A stretch of DNA of 32,000 bases, from assembly GCF_001306055.1 (NCBI RefSeq), contig NZ_LGHJ01000012.1, forward strand, positions 210,001-242,000, written 5' to 3'. Under the pieces are notes generated by a model that saw nothing but the letters and a program-made list of their open reading frames with translations, made no database searches and was not told the origin of the DNA. How positions within the stretch are numbered: the stretch's first letter is position 1; each line of letters opens with the position of its first letter. Origin of the DNA: Bellilinea caldifistulae (GTDB lineage Bacteria > Chloroflexota > Anaerolineae > Anaerolineales > Anaerolineaceae). The position numbers and the translations under genes were made by a program. This document shows, piece by piece, positions 9,426-16,496 of this stretch.

Positions 9426-10114
9426 ACATCCTTGCAGTCAGTGATATTGAACTGGGATTTATCTACAACGTTCAAATTGGACAGCGTTTCAAGAACGTTG
9501 ATTTTGTCATCAGTTGCGGAGACCTTCCATATTACTACTTGGAATTCATTATCAGCGTGCTTGACCGGCCGCTCTACTACGTGCGCGGCAACCACGCCAG
9601 CAAAGTAGAAATCACCACCGCTGGTGAACGGAGTTCTCCATGGGGGGCGGTTGATCTGCACCGCCGGGCTGTCTGCTCCCCGCAGGGAGTTTTGCTGGCC
9701 GGCATTGAGGGAAGCCTGCGTTACAATTACGGCCCGCATCAATACACCCAGGCCGAAATGTGGTGGATGGTGCTGGGTCTAACCCCGGCGCTGATGCTGA
9801 ACAAGCTCCGTTTTGGGCGGTATCTGGACATTTTCTTAACCCATGCGCCGCCGTGGGGTATTCATGACATGGATGATTTACCGCACCGTGGGATTAAGGC
9901 TTTCAACTGGTTGATTCAGGTATTCCAGCCCACCTACCACCTGCATGGGCATATTCACGTCTATCGCAATGATACCGAGATAGAAACCCGAGTCGGCAGC
10001 ACAACCGTCATCAATTGCTACGGTTATCGCGAAATTCAATTCAATTTTCAAGAAGTCAATCGGCCGCTGCCCGATATGCAATCCAGCTTTGGGCGGAGGA
10101 TCAAATATGAGTGA
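9422..10114 (+). CDS. calcineurin-like metallophosphoesterase
   Basis: Motifs CGDLPYY (GD), VRGNHA (GNH), THAPPWG and LHGHIH are present. Motif I reads SDIEL instead of the usual DxH. Confidence 0.8.
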   Translation: MNILAVSDIELGFIYNVQIGQRFKNVDFVISCGDLPYYYLEFIISVLDRPLYYVRGNHASKVEITTAGERSSPWGAVDLHRRAVCSPQGVLLAGIEGSLRYNYGPHQYTQAEMWWMVLGLTPALMLNKLRFGRYLDIFLTHAPPWGIHDMDDLPHRGIKAFNWLIQVFQPTYHLHGHIHVYRNDTEIETRVGSTTVINCYGYREIQFNFQEVNRPLPDMQSSFGRRIKYE

Positions 10115-11153
10115 TTCAATCAATTCATCGTTTTTCGAGAAGATTGCCCGCGAGGACTTTGAACAGGCTCTTCGCAAGGGTTTCTGGCGTTCGGTGTTAG
10201 GCTGGTTTAATAAATCAACCAACCAATTACTGGCTTTTGACGAAGTCCGCAAATACCTGCCAATACGCGGACAGTACGATGTGGGGGTACGCCAGATTCC
10301 GATTGACAAAATCGTCGGGAGTGTCGGCCGCTATAACGATTTTGACCGAGCATTCTTGCCCCGCCACCGTCACATCCGCTCCCGTTGGGTGAGTATTGAT
10401 GTGGCAAAAATGAAGGAAATTGAACTACCACCCATCGAGGTTTATAAAATCGGGGATGTGTATTTTGTCAAGGATGGCAACCACCGTGTTTCGGTGGCTC
10501 GTGAAAAAGGGCAAAAGTACATTGATGCTTACATCACCGAAATCGTAACCGACATTCCAATTGACGAAAACACCGACATCAACTGGCTGGTGCGGATGCA
10601 CGAAAAATCGGAGTTTTACCAGAAAACCCGCCTGCACGAATTGCGTCCCGATGCCAACATCGAATTGACCCTGCCGGGTATGTACCCCAAGTTATTGGAA
10701 CACATTCAGGTGCACCGCTGGTACATGGGAGAAAAACGAGGAAGCGAAGTGCCTTTTGAGGAGGCCGTCGCCTCCTGGTATGATGAGGTTTATTCCCCGC
10801 TGGTCAAAGTCATTCAAGAATTGGGGATTTGCAAAGAGTTCCCCGGACGTACCTCGGCCGATTTGTATTTATGGATCATCGAACACCTCTATTATCTGCG
10901 AGAAGAATTCCGCCAGGAAATCAAGTTGGAGGATGCCGCGCGGAGTTTTGCCGAGGGGTATTCACCCAATCCGGTCCGCAAGTTGATCAACCTTTTTCGC
11001 AAGTTGACTCGCCTGGTTGCAGAGGGATTGGAGGATGCCTCAGAACTCGAATTGGGCATCCTCCCCGAAGAAATGATGCTGGATGTGGACGAAGTCAAAC
11101 CGGAGGACAATCCGAATCAGCCGGAGAGCGAAGACAAAGACTTGACCGACTGA
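10107..11153 (+). CDS. ParB/sulfiredoxin-like N-terminal domain protein with a conserved C-terminal domain of unknown function and an acidic tail
   Basis: Track ORF 10089..11153. The ATG at 10107 lies 7 nt after GGAGGA. The segment PPIEVYKIGDVYFVKDGNHRVSVAREKG matches the ParB/Srx DGxHR-type core. The C-terminal half (HRWYMGEKRG...WYDEVYSPL...DLYLWIIEH) resembles what I recall being annotated as DUF4032; this is unverified. Confidence 0.7.
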   Translation: MSDSINSSFFEKIAREDFEQALRKGFWRSVLGWFNKSTNQLLAFDEVRKYLPIRGQYDVGVRQIPIDKIVGSVGRYNDFDRAFLPRHRHIRSRWVSIDVAKMKEIELPPIEVYKIGDVYFVKDGNHRVSVAREKGQKYIDAYITEIVTDIPIDENTDINWLVRMHEKSEFYQKTRLHELRPDANIELTLPGMYPKLLEHIQVHRWYMGEKRGSEVPFEEAVASWYDEVYSPLVKVIQELGICKEFPGRTSADLYLWIIEHLYYLREEFRQEIKLEDAARSFAEGYSPNPVRKLINLFRKLTRLVAEGLEDASELELGILPEEMMLDVDEVKPEDNPNQPESEDKDLTD

Positions 11154-11374
11154 TCCTGTACACCCAGCCAGAAATGATTGGGTAAAATGCGTCGGTTGGT
11201 TTTGATAAGAATCCCGTTTCGTTGAAGGGTATCCTCGTTAACCATGCTGGGATGAACAAAACACACATCCGGTCGAACGCCGTATTTTTTCTCGTAATAA
11301 TCGGCAGCGCGTTTGATTTTGGAAGATAAATCGGTTTTTTGATCGTTGTCGAACCATAACATTCCGATGTTCAT
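11117..11374 (-). CDS. small hypothetical protein (85 aa), second gene of the AT-rich cassette
   Basis: Track ORF 11117..11446. The ATG at 11374 is preceded by GGAGGTCTGTATC and starts 19 nt after the upstream gene's stop. Sequence: MNIGMLWFDNDQKTDLSSKIKRAADYYEKKYGVRPDVCFVHPSMV... No TM segment and no family I can name. Confidence 0.6.
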   Translation of the reverse strand: MNIGMLWFDNDQKTDLSSKIKRAADYYEKKYGVRPDVCFVHPSMVNEDTLQRNGILIKTNRRILPNHFWLGVQDQSVKSLSSLSG

Positions 11375-11393
11375 GATACAGACCTCCAAAAAA

Positions 11394-12215
11394 TTAGATC
11401 GAATCGGGGAGGTAAAAATGGTGTTCTCGTTGACCAATCTGGACAACGAATTCCTTACCGTTGATGAGAGTGTTGGAATTCAACCCGGAAAGATTTGAAA
11501 GAGTGGATGCCAGGCGATGATCCTTCATTTTGCCGATGATGCGGGTCTTAAATTTTTCCACCCATTTTTTTTGCTCGGCAGCAGTGCGACTGTCCATGAT
11601 CACAATCGGCCAGATTTCATAGAAAGGGCCTTCTTCCAGCAGCCATTCAAAATTCAACCGAACATCAAAATCCATATATGGTAAAGTATCAAAACCATCC
11701 AAAATGATTAACCGGCACTCCCCCTCATTCCTGCCGTGCTGTCGGCTTTCAACCCGATCGGCTTCGTCCAGAATGGCTTTGCCTGCCGGATGGTCATAAT
11801 TGTTTGTAAAATGAGAAAAATAATTTTTGTAACGATCGTACTCAAATTTCCACAGGCTGGTTCGTGCGCTGATCAGGGAAAATTGAATTTCATAAACCGG
11901 GTTGGTAAGAATCAATGAGTACATCAAAGTTTTCACCAGACGCATCTTTCCTGCCTCAGGGTCGGAGATGATCAAAATTGAACCCGGACGAGGATCCATC
12001 AAATCAAACAACAGGGGATTTTCATCAGAATCGACCCCCAAAAAACCCGTCCGCAAAGGAAGGGGCAACAAAGAATTCAGGTAATTGCGTAACCCGTACT
12101 CAGGAATGGGTTTTGAGGATGAAGGATTACCTTTTGGGGAAGACCATTGAGGAAGATCAACCTCAATCGCTTCTTTTTGATTGACCGGTATATCCACAAT
12201 CGGTAGGGAAATCAT
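11394..12215 (-). CDS. stand-alone FtsK/SpoIIIE/HerA-like P-loop domain protein with degenerate Walker motifs
   Basis: 273 aa, with AAAGGAG 5 nt before the ATG. The layout matches the FtsK motor core: GFLGVDSDENPLLFDLMDPRPGSILIISDPEAGKM (Walker A position), CRLIILDGFDTL (Walker B position) and IVIMDSRTAAEQ...TRIIGKM (ATQRPS/arginine-finger region). Confidence 0.6.
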   Translation of the reverse strand: MISLPIVDIPVNQKEAIEVDLPQWSSPKGNPSSSKPIPEYGLRNYLNSLLPLPLRTGFLGVDSDENPLLFDLMDPRPGSILIISDPEAGKMRLVKTLMYSLILTNPVYEIQFSLISARTSLWKFEYDRYKNYFSHFTNNYDHPAGKAILDEADRVESRQHGRNEGECRLIILDGFDTLPYMDFDVRLNFEWLLEEGPFYEIWPIVIMDSRTAAEQKKWVEKFKTRIIGKMKDHRLASTLSNLSGLNSNTLINGKEFVVQIGQREHHFYLPDSI

Positions 12216-12242
12216 GGCTTACTCCTTTGGTAACTTTACTTG

Positions 12243-12271
12243 ATTATAGAACATATGTACTATTTTGTCAA
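12243..12271 (-). promoter_or_regulatory. consensus sigma-70 type promoter TTGACA-17 nt-TATAAT for the FtsK-like cassette
   Basis: The minus strand reads TTGACAaaatagtacatatgttcTATAAT, with both hexamers perfect and a 17-nt spacer. The ATG at 12215 lies 26 nt downstream of the -10 and has an AAAGGAG SD. Confidence 0.65.
12248..12261. promoter_or_regulatory. LexA (Cheo-box)-like operator candidate AGAACATATGTACT inside the promoter spacer
   Basis: GAAC-ATAT-GTAC compares with the Gram-positive-type LexA consensus GAAC-N4-GTTC, with one mismatch in a conserved half-site. The central ACATATGT is a perfect palindrome. The box sits exactly between the -35 and -10. Confidence 0.35.
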
Positions 12272-12381
12272 TAAACCAATAAAATATTTAATCTGTGGTA
12301 TTTTTTGCTATTTTGCGGTATCCTTAACACACCACTACTTTATGCAGGCTGATATTTCATTCATCTGACAAGGAGGTTGCG

Positions 12382-12939
12382 GTGATTAAAGAAACTGTCA
12401 AAGATGCCGAAAATCGCATGAAAGGCGCAATCCAATCCCTGGAAGAAGACCTGGCAGGCATACGCACCGGGAGGGCAACCCCTGCACTGATCGAAAAACT
12501 GCCGGTGGAATACTACGGCGTCCCGACACCCTTGATGCAACTTGCCTCCATCAGCGTACCCGATGCGCGCACGTTGCTCATCAAACCCTTCGACGCATCC
12601 GGTCTCAAAGCCATTGAACGCGCCATCATCACTTCCAACCTCGGCCTGACACCCAATAACGACGGGAAAACCCTGCGGCTCAACCTCCCTCCACTGACCG
12701 AAGAACGCCGGCGCGATCTGGTCAAAGTGGTCAATCAACGTTTGGAAGAAGCCAAGGTCGCCATCCGAAATGTCCGCCGTGACATCCTCAAAGACCTGCG
12801 CGATTTTGAAAAAGAAAAACTGATCTCCGAAGACGAACTCAAAAAAGGTGAAGACGAACTTCAAAAACTGACCGATAAAATGATCAGCGAGATTGACCGG
12901 ATCGGAGAAATCAAGCAAAAAGAAATTATGGAGTTTTAA
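12382..12939 (+). CDS. frr: ribosome recycling factor
   Basis: GTG start 6 nt after AAGGAGG. The 185-aa protein reads ...GIRTGRATPALIEKLPVEYYGVPTPLMQLASISVPDARTLLIKPFD...LPPLTEERRRDLVK..., a full-length Frr pattern. Confidence 0.95.
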   Translation: MIKETVKDAENRMKGAIQSLEEDLAGIRTGRATPALIEKLPVEYYGVPTPLMQLASISVPDARTLLIKPFDASGLKAIERAIITSNLGLTPNNDGKTLRLNLPPLTEERRRDLVKVVNQRLEEAKVAIRNVRRDILKDLRDFEKEKLISEDELKKGEDELQKLTDKMISEIDRIGEIKQKEIMEF

Positions 12940-12947
12940 GACTACTG

Positions 12948-13688
12948 ATGAATGAATCAGAGGCAATCGCCTCTCCCCCTCTCACCAAAATCCCCGTCCA
13001 TGTAGCCATCATCATGGATGGCAATGGACGCTGGGCTGCTGCACGCGGTTTACCGCGTCTGGCCGGCCATCGCGCCGGGACAGAAAATCTACGCACCATC
13101 ATTCGCGCCTGTGTCGAGTTCAATGTCAAAATCCTGACGATTTACGCTTTCTCCACCGAAAACTGGGGCAGGCCAGCCGAAGAAGTCGAAGGGCTGATGA
13201 TGATTCTCGAAGATGTGATTGACCGGGAATTGGGTGAACTCCATCAGGAGGGTGTACAGCTTCACCACATCGGTCATCTCGACCGGCTTCCGGAACGGCT
13301 GCAAGAAAAAGTCAAACGCGCTGTTGAACTCACCAAAGACAATCATCGGTTAATTCTCAACATTGCCTGGAATTACGGCGGTCGGGATGAAATCGTCTGT
13401 GCCATTCGTTCAATTGTCAAAGACGGCATTCCCCCGGAAGAAATTAACGACGAACTGGTCAGCCGCTATTTATTCACTGCCGGTATTCCTGATCCGGATT
13501 TAATCATCCGAACATCCGGCGAGATGCGCATCTCCAACTTTTTGATCTGGCAGTCCGCCTATGCAGAATGGTACATCACCCAAACCCTCTGGCCTGACTT
13601 CAACCGGGAAGAGTTTTACAAAGCCCTACAAGAGTATAGCCAGCGGGAAAGACGATTTGGAAAACTCTCCGATCAGGGCTGCTGCTGA
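12948..13688 (+). CDS. uppS: isoprenyl transferase / undecaprenyl diphosphate synthase
   Basis: HVAIIMDGNGRWA...GHRAGTENL...LTIYAFSTENWGRP...RTSGEMRISNFLIWQSAYAE are cis-prenyltransferase signatures. Confidence 0.94.
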   Translation: MNESEAIASPPLTKIPVHVAIIMDGNGRWAAARGLPRLAGHRAGTENLRTIIRACVEFNVKILTIYAFSTENWGRPAEEVEGLMMILEDVIDRELGELHQEGVQLHHIGHLDRLPERLQEKVKRAVELTKDNHRLILNIAWNYGGRDEIVCAIRSIVKDGIPPEEINDELVSRYLFTAGIPDPDLIIRTSGEMRISNFLIWQSAYAEWYITQTLWPDFNREEFYKALQEYSQRERRFGKLSDQGCC

Positions 13689-14508
13689 AAGCAGTGGGGT
13701 CAGCCTGCGCAGCCGCCTGCTGGTGGCCATCATTCTTATTCTGGTCGGAGTCACCTTCGTCCTGCTGGGTGGATTAGCCTACACCGTATTCATTGGTCTT
13801 TTACTTGCCATAGCCGCCTGGGAATACTGGCGGCTTTTTACTCACGGGGGCTATTTCCCGTCCGCCGTCATGCTGATCGGTGGAACGCTCATTCTGGCCT
13901 TCAGCCGCTATTTTTGGGGGTTTGAATCGAGTGATTTACTGCTGGCCGGCCTGATTCTGTCCAGCATGGCTGCCCACATTTTTACCTGCCAGCACGGCTG
14001 CACCACCGCCGGAATGGATTTCACCATCACCCTGACCGGCATTCTCTACATCGGATGGATGGGCTCTTACCTCATCTCCCTGCGTTTTCTACCGGATGGG
14101 TTGTGGTGGCTGATGCTCACCATCCCCACCATTGCAGTCGGCGATGCCGGTGCATTCTTCATCGGACGAGCATGGGGGAAAACCCCGCTTGCACCGCGAA
14201 TCAGCCCCAATAAAACCAGAGAAGGGTATTTTGGCGGACTGCTATTTTCCATCGCCGGTGGACTGTTGTTTGCCTTCCTGTGGGGATTACGCTCCCCGTT
14301 GATTACGCCCATGCACGGCTTGTTTTTGGGGCTGGCACTGGGATTACTCAGCCCGCTGGGAGATTTGGGCGAGAGCATGCTCAAGCGTCAGTTCAACATC
14401 AAGGATTCGGGACGCTTATTAGCCGCTCACGGCGGCGTGTTGGATCGGATCGATTCGTGGCTGTGGGGGGCAGCCATTGGCTACTACCTGATTCTTTGGC
14501 TTTGGTAA
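13657..14508 (+). CDS. cdsA: phosphatidate cytidylyltransferase; start uncertain
   Basis: Track ORF 13561..14508. Multi-TM protein with the CDS signature [28 protein letters not shown]. The ATG at 13561 would overlap uppS by 128 nt. TTG at 13657 (after GGGAAAG) or GTG at 13723 are more plausible starts. Confidence 0.85.
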   Translation: MENSPIRAAAESSGVSLRSRLLVAIILILVGVTFVLLGGLAYTVFIGLLLAIAAWEYWRLFTHGGYFPSAVMLIGGTLILAFSRYFWGFESSDLLLAGLILSSMAAHIFTCQHGCTTAGMDFTITLTGILYIGWMGSYLISLRFLPDGLWWLMLTIPTIAVGDAGAFFIGRAWGKTPLAPRISPNKTREGYFGGLLFSIAGGLLFAFLWGLRSPLITPMHGLFLGLALGLLSPLGDLGESMLKRQFNIKDSGRLLAAHGGVLDRIDSWLWGAAIGYYLILWLW

Positions 14509-14557
14509 GCGGATTGACCCATCTCTATACCCCATTTTCAAAAGGAGGAACAGCTCG

Positions 14558-15544
14558 ATGATCGACTCCAAACCCACCCGAAACCTTGCATTGGAACTGG
14601 TGCGCGTTACAGAAGCAGCCGCACTGGCTGCCGGTCGCTACGTTGGCAGGGGCGATAAAATCGCTGCTGACCGCGCCGCGGTGGACGCCATGCGGTTGGT
14701 GCTCAACACCATCCAGATGGACGGTGTGATTGTGATTGGTGAAGGTGAAAAAGATGAAGCGCCCATGCTTTACAACGGGGAGCGCCTGGGAACCGGAGAA
14801 CCCCCTCAGGTGGATATCGCAGTTGATCCGATTGACGGGACACGCCCGACGGCTTTCGGTTTACCCAATGCAATTGCTACGGTGGCGCTGGCCCCGCGCG
14901 GCACCATGTTCAACCCCGGTCCAATCGTCTATATGGACAAAATTGCAGTCGGTCCTGAGGCGCGGGATGTGATTGACATTGAAGCGCCGGTGGAGGACAA
15001 TCTGCGTAAAATTGCCAGAGCCAAAGGCGGTAATGTCGAAGACCTGACCTGCGTCATTCTCGACCGCCCGCGTCACGAAGAACTCATCAAGCGCGTGCGG
15101 CGGGTTGGCGCCCGCATTATTTTGATCCCGGACGGGGACGTGGCCGGTGCGTTGATGGCTTCTCTACCGGAAACCGGCATTGATGTGCTGCTGGGAATCG
15201 GTGGAACGCCGGAAGGCGTTTTGGCAGCCTGCGCTTTGCGCTGCACCGGCGGAATGATTCAAGGAAAACTGCATCCCCGGAATGAAGAAGAGCGGCGCAA
15301 AGGTGAGGAATTGGGGTACGACTTTAACCGCGTGCTAACGATTGATGATCTGGTTTCATCCGAGGATGTTTTCTTCGCCGCCACCGGCATCACCAACGGC
15401 GAACTGCTCAAAGGGGTAGATTATTACCCCGGCGGAGCTACAACCGACAGCATCGTGCTGCGCGGCTTGACCGGCACCAGCCGGCGCATCATCTCCACCC
15501 ACCGGCTGACCAAACTTTCCAAAATCAGCGCAATTCACTATTGA
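14558..15544 (+). CDS. glpX: class II fructose-1,6-bisphosphatase (GlpX-type)
   Basis: AAAGGAGGAA lies 8 nt upstream. [16 protein letters not shown]...AAVDAMR...[23 protein letters not shown]... is the GlpX pattern. Confidence 0.93.
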   Translation: MIDSKPTRNLALELVRVTEAAALAAGRYVGRGDKIAADRAAVDAMRLVLNTIQMDGVIVIGEGEKDEAPMLYNGERLGTGEPPQVDIAVDPIDGTRPTAFGLPNAIATVALAPRGTMFNPGPIVYMDKIAVGPEARDVIDIEAPVEDNLRKIARAKGGNVEDLTCVILDRPRHEELIKRVRRVGARIILIPDGDVAGALMASLPETGIDVLLGIGGTPEGVLAACALRCTGGMIQGKLHPRNEEERRKGEELGYDFNRVLTIDDLVSSEDVFFAATGITNGELLKGVDYYPGGATTDSIVLRGLTGTSRRIISTHRLTKLSKISAIHY

Positions 15545-15566
15545 TGGAAATACGCTTTCCATAAGC

Positions 15567-15605
15567 AACCGCCCCCCGTTTTGTTCCGCAAAACGGGGGG
15601 CGGTT
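15567..15605. terminator. bidirectional intrinsic terminator between convergent glpX and the SIMPL gene
   Basis: AACCGCCCCCCGTTTT-gttccgc-AAAACGGGGGGCGGTT forms a perfect 16-bp GC-rich stem with a 7-nt loop. The A/T runs are at the loop end of the stem, so there is no external U tract on either strand. Confidence 0.7.
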
Positions 15606-15644
15606 CTGAACTGTTTGCTTGACCTTGCCGCAGGTCGGGATGGA

Positions 15645-16355
15645 TTACTTGATTTCGTAACTCAGGTTGGCGTCCGCCTGAATGACCAGCTGCCCGGCAG
15701 CAATCGGCACACTGGATGATGCCGCCATTCCGCCTTTAGCCTCATAAACCGGCATGGGGCCACCGCTGGAGTACACATTGATGTTTTGCAGCGCTCCAAG
15801 GGTCACACCCGCAAGCCCGGCAATTTCATTGGCTTTGGCTTTGGCATCTTCCACTGCCAGCCGGCGGGCTTCCGCTTCAGCCGCAGCGCGATCCGCAACA
15901 TCAAAACTGATGCCATTGATCGTATTTGCGCCGCCTTCGACCACGGCATTCAGAATCTCACCCAGTTTTTGCAGTTCACGCACTTTGACGAACACGGTGT
16001 TTTCGACCACATAAGTGATCTTACTCGGCGTGCCATCCTGGTTGTATTCCTGCATCGGATAGACATTGAAAGCCGTCGTCTGAATATCCTCGGCAGCAAT
16101 GCCCTGCCGCTGGAGAGTATCGGCAATTGCCTGCGCCTGTCGGTTGTTTTGTCCAAGCGCGGTGGCTACATCGTCTGCCTGACTGCGCACACCAATATAG
16201 ATGTAAGCAATATCCGGTACCACATACACCTTACCGGTGCCAGTCACATTAATCTGCCGTATCGGTTGATTGGCGGCCGGCGCCGTTCCAGCACAGGCAG
16301 CCAGCAAACTGGCGGCCAGAACAACAATAATGAGCAAAGTCCAACGCGTTTTCAT
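15645..16355 (-). CDS. SIMPL (DUF541, BP26/Omp28-like) domain lipoprotein
   Basis: TAAGGAGGAACC precedes the ATG. The signal peptide has a lipobox, LLAAC. VTGTGKVYVVPDIAYIYIGV...and...EAEARRLAVEDAKAKANEIAGLAGVTLG match the SIMPL family pattern. Confidence 0.85.
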   Translation of the reverse strand: MKTRWTLLIIVVLAASLLAACAGTAPAANQPIRQINVTGTGKVYVVPDIAYIYIGVRSQADDVATALGQNNRQAQAIADTLQRQGIAAEDIQTTAFNVYPMQEYNQDGTPSKITYVVENTVFVKVRELQKLGEILNAVVEGGANTINGISFDVADRAAAEAEARRLAVEDAKAKANEIAGLAGVTLGALQNINVYSSGGPMPVYEAKGGMAASSSVPIAAGQLVIQADANLSYEIK

Positions 16356-16432
16356 GGTTCCTCCTTATCGAACCCAATCATAGATTTGTTACATCTTTCA
16401 AGACGCTGCTCCCCCAAAAAAGTTCCCAGGTA

Positions 16433-16469
16433 TGAAAACCGGGAGAGGATGGATCATCACCCTCTCCCG
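16433..16469 (-). terminator. intrinsic terminator after the toastrack operon
   Basis: Minus strand: CGGGAGAGG-12 nt loop-CCUCUCCCG followed by GUUUUC, starting 28 nt after the stop at 16497. Confidence 0.55.
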
Positions 16470-16496
16470 CCTCAACTGGAATGTTATTGCCCGTTC

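Noticed and set aside
11117-12380. Calling the AT-rich cassette a mobile element or prophage remnant, or a type VII secretion or conjugation locus.
   Set aside because: No integrase, transposase, tRNA target, terminal repeats, WXG100-like gene, EssB/EccB-type partners or relaxase are present in the window. Only the compositional anomaly and the FtsK-like fold are supported.
12361-12966. 201-aa minus-strand ORF.
   Set aside because: It is the exact antisense shadow of frr, whose identity is unambiguous.
13561-13656. The ATG at 13561 as the cdsA start, as in the ORF track.
   Set aside because: It would overlap uppS by 128 nt and add a hydrophilic 30+ aa extension read from the uppS region in another frame. 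A TTG or GTG start near the uppS stop is more consistent with CdsA N-termini.
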